A program made the translations under genes and the position numbers. A stretch of DNA of 64,000 bases from Nitrosopumilaceae archaeon (GTDB lineage Archaea; Thermoproteota; Nitrososphaeria; Nitrososphaerales; Nitrosopumilaceae): positions 1,536,001 to 1,600,000 of the forward strand of contig CBDCCK010000002.1 of the NCBI GenBank assembly GCA_965214835.1. Reading direction: 5' to 3'. A model generated the notes under the pieces. That model had not been told where the DNA came from. It saw only the letters and a program-made list of their open reading frames with translations, and ran no database searches. Each line of letters starts with the position of its first letter. Position 1 is the stretch's first letter. Shown piece after piece: positions 12,981 through 25,400 of the stretch.

Positions 12981-13412
12981 ATATGGTTACGCTATTTTTA
13001 ATAACCGCACCCGACTTGTCACTATAATGAATGTACTATGTGCTGTCATGCGGCAGGCAGTTCCTGTCAAATCCCTCGTGATTGGTGGTGGTGGGGGGGT
13101 GGATCTGGCTGATTTGGCCATGCCTGCCGTGCCTTTTTACTGCCGGGATCCAGGTGACTGCTGGGTGGGGGAAAGGATCGACTCTAGCCCCGCCGTCGGG
13201 GAGGCAGGACGGCCTCGTCTGGTTCCTTACTGTATGGGGGCCGGTACGCAGCTAGACGGCATATGCACGACCCGCCGCAGGTGGCTTGTACAAGACGGTA
13301 AGCCAGGCTGCATGGTGGGGATCACACTCGAATCCGGAGGCGGTCTACCATAGCTGTCGCACGGCAGCACCAGTCCTGCCGGTTCCAGGCATGGACTGTC
13401 ACCCTGTACCTA

Positions 13413-16400
13413 GTGCTCATTGCGGTTGCCGTCTCGGGCCTGATATCCGCGGACGGTCTGCAGGAGGCACACGCGCAAAGCCAGCCCGTCAATGTGACCG
13501 CTACCGGTAGTCTGGGAGATAACAACGCCCTGCTGCTTGGCGGCGCCAACGGCGTGGATGTCTTTACAATGGGTGGCAAGACCTACGCGGCAATAGTCTC
13601 CAGAGTCGATGACGGTCTCCAGATAGTAGACGTGTCAAACCCCGCATCGCCTGGTGCCGTCGGACAGCTAAGCGACACCGACTCCCTGCTGCTTGACGGC
13701 GCCCGTGCCGTGGACGTCTTCAAGATAGGCGCCAATACCTACGCCGCAGTAGCCTCCTCTGATGATGACGGTCTCCAGATTGTAGACGTGTCAGACCCCG
13801 CATCGCCTGATGCCGTCGGACAGCTAAACGACACCGACTCCCTGCTGGACGGCGCACACGACGTGGACGTCTTCACGATAGGTGCCAATACCTATGCTGC
13901 AGTCGCTTCTAATGAAGACGACGCCCTTCAGCTTGTAGATGTCACCGATCCTGCCAGTCCGGCCGCCGCCGGGAATCTGAACGATACGGGCTCCAGAGAG
14001 CTTGGTGGCGCCTTCGGCGTGGCCGTCTTCAAGATAGGCGACAACACCTACGCCGCAGTGTCCTCCTATAACGATGACGGCCTCCAGATTGTAGACGTCA
14101 CCAACCCTGCCAGTCCGGTAGCGGTCGGGCGACTGGCAGATGGAGCACTGCTTTTTGGCGCCCGCTATGTGGACACCTTTACAATAACCGACGGCAGTGG
14201 AATCAACACCTACGCCGTGGTGACCATCGAGCACAGCGACGGCGAAGGCGGCCTTCAGCTGGTCGACATCACCGATCCGACCATGCCTACGGCCGCTGGT
14301 CGACTGCTAACCGACGGCTCCAGTCTGTTTAACCTCCCAGAAGGCGTGACAGTCTTTAAAATTGGACAGAGCACCTACGCAGCGGTGGCTTCTGATGACA
14401 GCGACGGCATCCAGATTGTAGATGTCTCCGATCCTGCCGCTCCGGCAGTGGCAGGCCATCTGAGGGATGGCGGTGATCTGAAGCTTGCCGGTTCTTGGGA
14501 CGTGGATGTCTTTACCATAAACGGCCGCACCTACGCCGCAGTCGCTTCTAATCGCGACGGCCTCCAGCTAATGAGGCTGGAAGACAGCACGCCGCCGGCA
14601 TTCGAGTCCGCCACACTGGACAGGTACGCGGGGACCATGACTGTAACCTTCAGCGAGGCCATAGACGTCTCTGAGACCGATCTGTCCATGCTGTATGTCA
14701 GCGACGATGGCCAGACAAACGCCGTCTCGCTGGCAGGTGCCGACTTTGACGACACGGCAGCCGACTCGGAGACGATATGGCTGATACTCACACCTGCACA
14801 GCTGGCAGCGATCGTTCCGATGGATACCCCGCAGCTTGACATCGCAGCAGGCGCCGCATCTGACCTATCCGAGAATCTGATAGATGCTGCAGCCGACAAC
14901 CCGATCACGACGGCCAGCCCGGACAGCCCGATCCCCTCCGGAAGGCTGGCCCACGACAGCACCTTGCTGCTAGACTTCCCCCGCGGTATGGATACCTTTA
15001 GGATAGGAGAGGACATCTACGCGGCAGTAACCTACAACGGCGGGACCAACTCCGGCCTGCAGACAATCAACGTCACCGATCCTGCCAGTCCGACTGCCGT
15101 CGGGAAGATCAAGTCCAGAACTGCTTTCTTTGGAGATACTCCCATATTTCTGAGCACTGCCCAAGAAGTGGACATCTTTACAATCGGTAACAACACCTAC
15201 GCGGCGGTGGTCGCCTTCCGTTCTGAAGCCCTGCAGATAATCAACGTCACCGATCCCTCAAGTCTGGTCGAGGCCGGGCATTTGTCAAACTCTGGTTCAG
15301 ACGTGCGGTTAAGCGGTGCCACAGACGTGGGCATTTTTACAATCGGCAGCAGCACCTACGCCGCAGTCGCCTCCTTTTCTGACAACACCCTACAGATTGT
15401 AAATGTTACAGATCCCGACAATCCGGCAGCGGCCGGGCAGCTGACAGACACCGACGATCTGTTGCTCAATCAGGCCTCTGACGTAGCCATCTTCACGATA
15501 GGCAGCAGCACCTACGCCGCAGTCACTTCATCCTTCGACGACGGACTCCAGATTGTAAATGTTACAGATCCCGACGACCCTGTTGCGGCCGGGAATCTGG
15601 CAGACACCACCTCTCTGCAGCTTCGCGATGCCACGGCCGTGGACGTCTTCACGATAGACGACTCCACCTACGCCGCAGTGACCACATTTGGCAACGAGGG
15701 CCTACAGATTGTAAATGTTACAGATCCCGACAATCCGGCAGCGGCCGGGAATCTGGCAGACACCGACGACCTGCTGCTTGACGGCCCCAGAGACGTGACC
15801 GTCCTTACCATAGGCAGCTCCACCTACGCCGTAGCTCCCTCCGCCAATGACGGCGGACTCCAGATTGTAAATGTTACAGATCCCGACAATCCGGCAGCGG
15901 CCGGGAATCTGCCAGACACCGACGACCTGCTGCTTGACAGCACCCGTGGCGTGGCCGTGTTCATGATTGGTGGGAGTCCGTACGCCGCAGTGTCTGCCGA
16001 CACGGAAGGCATCCAGATAGTAAAGCTTGGCGAGGTTATAGACATGACTTCCAACAGTCTGCCGGTGGCACCGGCCGAGATGGCAATCACTCTAGAGGAC
16101 ACACCCATTACCATAACGCCGAATATATCGGATCCCGATACATCGGATACCCCGGCAATATCGACAGTATCTGATCCGCCAAACGGGACTGCAACACATG
16201 ATGATACTACCATAATTTACACCCCGGACCAGGACTATGATGGTACGGACACCTTCAGTTATACCGTAACTGACGGCACCGACACGACACAGGGCACCGT
16301 AACTGTAACTGTCGTGCGCGGCAACAACGACCCCGTCCTGGGAACGATAGGCGACCGGGCCGCTACGGTGGGAGTCCAGCTGACCATAACGCCTACCGTA

Positions 16401-19400
16401 ACTGACGCCGACACGACTGACACGCACACGTATTCCATCACGCGCGGCACGCTGCCGGCGGCTGCCGTGTTTTCCACATCTGACGGCAGCATCACCTGGA
16501 CGCCGGTTCAGGCAGACGCCGGGCAGACCCACGAGGTTACAATAACGGTAAACGACGGCCGCGGAGGCACCGACTCTGAGACCTTTGACATAGTGGCGGC
16601 CGAAGTGGATACCACCCCCCTGATCTCGGCTACCCCTGCCGGGCAGCTGCGTGATGGCGGGCCCAGACTGCTCACTACCGCCACAAGCCTGGACGTCTTC
16701 ACGATAGGCGATAAAACGTACGCGGCAGTCGCCTCGTATGGTGACGACGCCCTCCAGATAATCAACGTCACTGATCCAGACAGCCCATCCGCCGCCGGGC
16801 ATCTGGCGGACACGAACTCATTGCGGCTTGATGGTGCATACGGTGTGGATGTATTCACGATAGACGATAAAACGTACGCCGCAGTTGCCTCACATGGTGA
16901 CGACGCACTCCAGATTGTAAATGTTACAGATTCCGACAACCCGGAAGCTTCCGGGAGTGTGGAAGACACCGAGCCTGCAGGCGGGATCGACGATGAGCTG
17001 CTGCTTGAGAAATCCCGCGGCGTGGCCGTCTTTGTAATAGGTGACAAAACATATGCGGCCGTTACATCCTCCCGCGACAGAGGCCTCCAGATAATCAACG
17101 TTACCGATCCCGACAACCCGGCGCCCGCCGGGCAGCTGAAGGATACCGCGGGCGCCGGCGGGCTTTTGCTTGCCGGCCCTTGGGGCGTAGACGTCTTCAC
17201 AGTAGGAGGTTCCACTTATGCCGCAGTAGCATCATTTGCCGACAACGGCCTCCAGATTGTAGATGTTACCGATCCCGACAACCCGGCGCCCGCCGGGCAG
17301 CTGAAGGATACCGCGGGCGCCGGCGGGCTTTTGCTTGCCGGTTCCGTAGGAGTGGACACCTTTACGACCGCACACGGCACGTACGTGGCGGTGGCCTCGG
17401 AGAAAGACAACGGCCTCCAGATTGTAAACGTCACGGATCCGCGTAACCCGGCACCCGCCGGACATCTAGCAGATACAGAACCTGCAAGCGATGGTGACGA
17501 TGAGCTGCTACTTGAGAAATCCCGCGGCGTGGCCGTCTTTGTAATGGGCGATAACACGTACGCCACAGTCACTTCCTTTGCCGACAACGGCCTCCAGATT
17601 GTAGATGTCACCGATCCCGACAACCCGGCGCCCGCCGGGCAGCTGAAGGACACCGCGGGTGGCGGCGAGCTGCTGCTTGACCGTGCCTTCGGCGTGGACA
17701 TCTTTGCAGTAGGCGGTAACACCTACGCCGCGGTAGCCTCTCGGGCCGACAACGGCATCCAGATAGCGAGACTGAGCGACATCACGCCACCGGCATTCGC
17801 ATCCGCGGCACTCGACGAGGGCACGGGCACCATGACGATCACCTTCAGCGAGACCATAGACGTCTCCGAGACGGATCTGTCGATGCTGTACGTCAGCGAC
17901 ACGGGCGGGATCGACGAGGTAGCCCTGACGGGGGCGGCCTTTGACAGCAACGCCGCCGACTCTGCCACCATATCGCTTACGCTTACCCAGGCCCATCTGA
18001 ACCGGATCATCCAGATGGGAACCCCGCAGCTTGACATAGGAGCCGCCGCGGTATATGATCTCTTCGTAAACCACATAGGCGCAGTGCCTGACAACCCGAT
18101 CACGGTCACCGCCGATACCGTAAGGCCCACATTCGCATCCGCGGCACTCGGCGAGAGTACGGGCACCATGACGATCACCTTCAGTAAAACCATAGACGTC
18201 TCCGAGACGGATCTGTCGATGCTGTACGTCAGCGACACGGGCGGGATCGACGAGGTAGCCCTGACGGGGGCGGCCTTTGACAGCAACGCCGCCGACTCTG
18301 CCACCATATCGCTTACGCTTACCCAGTCCCATCTGAACCAGATTGCCCCTATGGTGACGCCACAGCTTGACATTAAAACAGGTGCCGTATTGGACCTGGC
18401 AGGAAACGACATAGACACGGCATCGGACAACCCGATCGACATCACAAAGCCCGAGTTCATATCTGCACGCCTCGGGAGTCTGGAAGACACGTCGTCCACG
18501 GAGCTTGAAGGCGCCAGCGGCGTGGCAGTCTTTACGGTAGACACCAACACCTACGCCGCAGTGGCCTCCTATGACGACGACGGCCTCCAGATTGTAGATG
18601 TATCGGATCCTGACAATCCGGCCGCCGCCGGCAGCCTGGGAGATGACACCACCAGGCTGCTTGAAGGCGCCAGCGGCGTGGCAGTATTTACGATAGGCAC
18701 CAACACCTACGCCGCAGTGGTCTCCGAAATCGACGACGGCCTCCAGATTGTAGATGTATCGGATCCTGACAATCCGGCCGCCGCCGGCAGCCTGGGAGAT
18801 GACACCACCAGGCTGCTTGAAGGCGCCAGCGGCGTGGCAGTCTTTACGGTAGACACCAACACCTACGCCGCAGTGGCCTCCTTTACAGACAACGGCCTCC
18901 AGATTGTAGATGTATCGGATCCTGACAATCCGGCCGCCGCCGGCAGCCTGGGAGATGACACCACCAGGCTGCTTGAAGGCGCCTATACCGCGGACGTCTT
19001 TACGATAGGCACCAGCACCTACATTGCAGTGGTCTCCGAAATCGACGACGGCCTCCAGATTGTAGATGTATCGGATCCTGACAATCCGGCCGCCGCCGGC
19101 AGCCTGGGAGATGACACCACCAGGCTGCTTGAAGGCGCCAGCGGCGTGGCAGTCTTTACGGTAGACACCAACACCTACGCCGCAGTGGCCTCCTTTACAG
19201 ACAACGGCCTCCAGATTGTAGATGTATCGGATCCTGACAATCCGGCCGCCGCCGGCAGCCTGGGAGATGACACCACCAGGCTGCTTGAAGGCGCCAGCGG
19301 CGTGGCAGTCTTTACGGTAGACACCAACACCTACGTTGCAGTGGCCTCCGAAACAGACAACGGCCTCCAGATTGTAGATGTATCGGATCCTGCCAATCCG

Positions 19401-22400
19401 ACCGATGCCGGCAGTCTGGGTGACACAAGTGATCTGCTGCTTGATGGCGCCTACGCCGCGGACGTCTTTACAATAGACAGCAACACCTACGCCGTAGTGG
19501 CCTCCTATGACGACCACGGCATCCAGCTAGTGAGGCTGGGCGCGGAGGCAGAGACGCCCAACAATCCGCCGGTAGCTCCTGATGATGCGGCAACCACACC
19601 AGAGGACACGGCTGTTATAATAACACCTGCCATATCGGATCCGGACGTGGCCGACACCCCGAGAATATCGGCAGTCGATGATCCGCCAAACGGGGCCGCC
19701 ACGCATGATGATACCACGATAACCTACACCCCTGATACTGACTATGAAGGCACCGACACCTTCGGATATACGATATCTGATGGAACAGACACGGCGCAGG
19801 GCACGATAACTGTAACCGTAACGCGCGACAACAACGATCCAGTCCTGGGTACCATAGGCAACCAGGCCGCGACGGTAGGCGTGCAGCTGACCATAACGCC
19901 TACCATAACTGATGACGACACGACCGACACGCACACGTACTCGATATCGCGCGGCACGCTGCCGGCAGCCGCCGTATTTTCCACATCTGACGGCACCCTC
20001 GTCTGGACGCCTGTACCGGCCGATGCCGGGCAGACCCATACGGTCACTATAACGGTAAATGACGGCCGCGGCGGCACCGATTCTGAGACATTTGACATAG
20101 CCGTGGGTGATGCTCCGCCCACACTCACGCTGACCCCGGTCGGGAATATAGGAGACAACCCGCAACTGCTACTTGACGGCGCCCACGACGTGGACACGTT
20201 CCAGATAGGCACCAACACATACGCCGCAGTGGTCTCCGAATCTGACAACGGCCTCCAGATTATAGACGTCACCGATCCCGACAATCCTACAGCCGCCGGG
20301 AGTCTGGGAGACACCTCGGACGAGCTGCTACTTGTCGGCGCCCGCGGCGTGGACATCTTCAAGATAGGCACCAACACATACGCCGCAGTGGCCTCCAATC
20401 ATGATGACGGCATCCAGATTGTAAACGTCACCGATCCCGACAACCTAACCGCCGCCGGCAGTCTGAAAGATGATGGCTCTAGGTTGCTTGACGGTGCCGT
20501 CAGCGTATCCGTCTTCAAGATAGGCGGCTCCACCTACGCCGCAGTGGCCTCCCACAATGAACACGGCATCCAGATTGTAAACGTCACCGATCCCGACAAT
20601 CCTGCCGCCGCCGGGAGTCTGGGAGATGGTGCACAAACGATTCTTAATGGCCCCCGCAGTGTAGATGTCTTCATGATAGGCGGCAGCACCTACGCCGCAG
20701 TAGCAGCCGAATCTAATAGTAACAACGGCCTCCAGATTGTAAACGTCACCGATCCCGACAATCCTGCCGCCGCCGGGAATCTAGGTGATGATACATCTAC
20801 GCTACTTCTCGGCGCCCGCGGAGTGGACACGTTCCAGATAGGCGCCAACACCTACGCCGCAGTGGCCTCCAACAGAGAGCACGGCCTCCAGATTGTAGAT
20901 GTCACCGATCCCGACAATCCTGCCGCCGCCGGGAATCTAGGTGATAATCCATCTACGCTACTTCGCAACGCCCGCGGAGTGGACACGTTCCAGATAGGCG
21001 CCAACACCTACGCCGCAGTAACCTCCAACAACGAAGACGGCCTCCAGATTGTAGACGTCACCGATCCCGACAGCCCCACCGCCGCCGGGAGTCTGGGAGA
21101 TGATGGTACTGGCGGTACCCTGCTGCTTGACGGCGCCGGCAGCGTGGCCGTCTTCAAGATAGGCGCCAACACCTACGCCGCAGTAACCTCCAACAGCGAT
21201 GACGGCCTCCAACTGGTGAGGCTGGACGAGGCAGCAGAGACTCCCAATGCCCCGCCTGTTGCGCCTGCTGCGACGGCGACCACTGCAGAGGACACGCCTG
21301 TAACCATAACGCCTGCAATATCGGATCCGGACACATCGGACACTCCTACAATATCGGCAGTAGAGAACCCGCCAAACGGGACTACCATTCATGATGGTAC
21401 CACCATAACTTACACGCCTGATGCTGATTATGAGGGCACGGACACCTTCGGATATACCGTATCTGACGGCACCGACACCGCACAGGGCACGATAACTGTA
21501 ACCATAACGCGCGACAACAACGACCCCGTCCTGGGTACCATAGGCGACCGGGCCGCGACGGTAGGCGTGCAGCTAACCATAACGCCTGCCGTAACCGACA
21601 CCGACACGACCGACACGCACACTTATTCCATAGCGCGCGGCACGCTGCCGGCAGCCGCCGTATTTTCCACATCTGATGGTACCCTCGTCTGGACGCCGGT
21701 TCAGGCAGACGCAGGGCAGACCCACACGGTTACAATAACGGTAAACGACGGCCGCGGAGGCACCGACTCGGAGACCTTTGATATAGTCGTGTCCGGCACG
21801 GACACCGCCCCACCCGCCTTTGAGTCTGCAACCCTCGACGAGGGCACGGGCGCCATGACCATAACCTTTGATGAGACAATAGACATATCGGCTACAAACC
21901 TCTCGCTGCTGTACGTCAGTGATGTAAACCAGGCAGATACGGTACCGTTGATAGGCGCCGCATTTGACTTTGGTTCTGCTGACGTCGAGACGCTTTCACT
22001 CACGCTCGTCCAGGCCCAGCTGGACGAGATAGCCCCGATGGGCACCCCGCAGCTCGATATTACGGCAGGCGCCGTCTCAGATATGGCGGGCAACCAGATA
22101 GCAGACTCGCCGGACAACCCGATCACGGTCACAGACACGACATCCAACAGCCCGCCGCTGGCACCCGCCGAGTCGGTGACCACCCCGGAGGATGTGCCTA
22201 TAACCATAACGCCTGCCATATCAGATCCCGACACATCGGACACCCCTATAATATCTGCAGTCGGGAATCCGCCAAACGGGGCCGTCACACATGACGATAC
22301 TACCATAACCTACACACCGGACCAGGACTTTGATGGTACGGACACCTTCGGATATACCGTATCTGACGGCACCGACACGGCACAGGGCACGATAACTGTG

Positions 22401-25400
22401 ACCGTCACGCGCGACAACAACAATCCCGTTCTGGGTACCATAGGCGACCAGGCCGCGACGGTAGGGGTGCAACTAACCATAACGCCTGCCGTAACTGATG
22501 CTGACACGACCGACACGCACACGTATTCCATAACGCGCGGTACGCTGCCAGCAGCTGCCGTATTTTCCACGTCTGATGGTACCCTCGTCTGGACGCCGGT
22601 TCAGGCAGACGCAGGGCAGACCCACACGGTCACCATAACGGTAAGTGATGGCCGGGGCGGCACCGACTCGGAGACCTTTGATATAGTCGTGGCCGGCAGG
22701 GACATCACCTCGCCCGCCTTTGAGTCTGCAACCCTCGACGAGGACACGGGCGCCATGACCATAACCTTTGATGAGACAATAGACATATCGGCTACAAATC
22801 TCTCACTGCTGTACGTCAGTGATGTAAACCAGGCAGATACGGTCTCGCTGACAGGCGCCGCATTTGACCTTGGTTCTGCTGACGTCGAGACCCTCTCACT
22901 TACGCTCGTCCAGGCCCAGCTGGACGAGATAGTCCCGATGGGAACCCCGCAGCTCGATATTACAGCAGGCGCCGTCTCAGACATACTGGGCAACCAGATA
23001 GCAGACTCGCCGGACAACCCGATCACGGTCACAGACACGACATCCAACAGCCCGCCGCTGGCACCCGCCGAGTCGGTGACCACCCCGGAGGATGTACCTA
23101 TAACCATAACGCCTGCCATATCAGATCCCGACACATCGGACACCCCTATAATATCTGCAGTCGATAACCCGCCAAACGGGACTGCCACACATGACGATAC
23201 CACCATAACCTATACGCCCGACTCTGACTTTGATGGTACGGACACGTTCGAATATACCGTATCTGACGGCACCGACTCTGTACAGGGCACGATAACTGTG
23301 ACCGTCACGCGCGACAACAACAATCCCGTCCTAGGTACGATAGGCGATCGGGCCGCAACACCGGACACACAGCTGGTCATAACGCCTGCTGTAACCGACG
23401 CCGATCCGACCGACACGCACACGTACTCGATATCGCGCGGCACGCTGCCGGCAGCTGCCACATTCAATACAACCGACGGCACCCTTGTCTGGACGCCCGT
23501 GCAGGCCGATGCCGGGCAGACCCACACGGTCACCATAACGGTAAGTGACGGCCGCGGAGGCACCGACTCGCAAACCTTCGATATAGTCGTGGCCGATACC
23601 GACCCTCCCGCGATCGAGATAACTCCAACCGGGAATCTGGGAGATAACAGTACCTTACTGCTTGGAGGCCCCTACGATGTAGCCGTCTTCATGGTAGGCG
23701 CCAACACCTACGCCGCAGTGGCCTCCGATGATGACAACGCCCTCCAGATTGTAGACGTCACCGATCCTTCCAGACCCACCGCCGCAGGAAGCCTGGGAGA
23801 TAACAGCACCTTGAAGCTTAACAGCGCCCGTAATGTGGACATCTTCACTAAAGACGGCAGCACCTACGCCGCAATCACTTCGTTCACTGACAACGCCCTC
23901 CAGATTGTAGACGTCACCGATCCTGCCAGTCCCGCCGCCGCAGGAAGCCTGGGAGATAACAGCACCTTGCATCTTGAAGGCGCCTTAGGCGTGGACGTCT
24001 TCACGATAGGCGCCAACACCTACGCCGCAGTGGCCTCACACTACGAGTACGCCCTCCAGATTGTAGACATCACCAATCCTGACAGTCTTACCGCCGCCGG
24101 CAATCTGCAGGATTTGGTGAGTGGCGACACCTTGCATCTTGAAGGCGCCTTCGGTGTGGACGTCTTCATGATAGGCGCCAGCACCTACGCCGCAGTGGCC
24201 TCCTTTGATGCCTCCGCCCTCCAGATTGTAGACATCACCAATCCTGCCAGTCCAACCGCCGCAGGAAGTCTGAGAGATAACAACACCTTGGAGCTTGGCG
24301 GCGCCTACGATGTAGCCGTCTTCACGATAGGCGCCAACACCTACGCCGCAGTGACCGCCTTAAATGACGACGGCCTCCAGATTGTAGACATCACCAATCC
24401 TGCCAGACCTGTTGCCGCCGGGAATCTGGGAGATAACAACACCCTGCTGCTTGACGGCGCCTTCGGTGTGGACGCCTTCACGATAGGCGCCAACACCTAC
24501 GCCGCAGTGGCCGCCTTAAATGACAACGGCCTCCAGATTGTAGACGTCACCGATCCTGCCAGTCCCGCCGCCGCAGGAAGCCTGGGCGATAACAACACCC
24601 TACTGCTTGACGGTGCCCGCGGCGTGGATACATTCACGATAGGCACCAACACCTACGCCGCAGTAGCCTCCGATGATGACAACGGCCTCCAGCTAGTGAG
24701 GCTGGGAGCGGATGCAGAGGCTCCCAACAGCCCACCTGTTGCGCCTGACGAGACGGCAACCACTGCAGAGGATACGCCTGTAACCATAACGCCTGCCATA
24801 TCGGATCCCGACGCATCTGACACCCCGGTAATATCGGCAGTCGAGAACCCGTCAAACGGGGCCGCCACACATGATGGTACCGCCATAACCTACACCCCGG
24901 ATACTGACTATGATGGTACGGACACCTTCGGATATACCGTATCTGACGGCACCGACACGACACGGGGCACCATAACGATAACCGTAACGCGCGACAACAA
25001 CGCCCCGGTTCTGGGAACAATAGGAGACCAGGCCGCCGAGCCGGACGTCCAACTGACCATAACGCCCACGGTAACCGATGCCGACACGACTGATACTCAC
25101 ACGTATTCCATCACGCGCGGCACGCTGCCGGCAGCTGCCGCATTCAATACAACCGACGGCACCCTCGTCTGGACGCCCGTGCAGGCCGATGCCGGGCAGA
25201 CCCACACGGTTACAATAATGGTTGATGACGGCCGCGGCGGCACCGACTCGCAAACCTTTGATATAGTAGTGGCCGACGGGGACGCCGTCACACTGACTCC
25301 GGTCGGGAGCATAGGCAACGGCCCGCAGCTGCTGCTTGATCTCCCGCGCGGCGTGGACGTCTTTACGATAGGCGGCAACACCTACGCCGCAGTGGCCTCC

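Larger units (their letters stand above)
11673..13026 (-). mobile_element. IS110/IS1111-family element, boundaries tentative
   Basis: Contains an IS110 transposase. CTATA occurs at both 11673-11677 and 13022-13026, and the outer flanks ACATTTAT / ATGAATGT form an imperfect inverted repeat. Confidence 0.5.

Noticed and set aside
13018-13026. GTCACTATA matching the IS630 terminal repeat
   Set aside because: Only 9 bp match, with no partner end or IS630 sequence nearby.
18582-19400. Regular repeats as a CRISPR array
   Set aside because: The 156-bp in-frame coding units have no unique spacers, and there are no cas genes.
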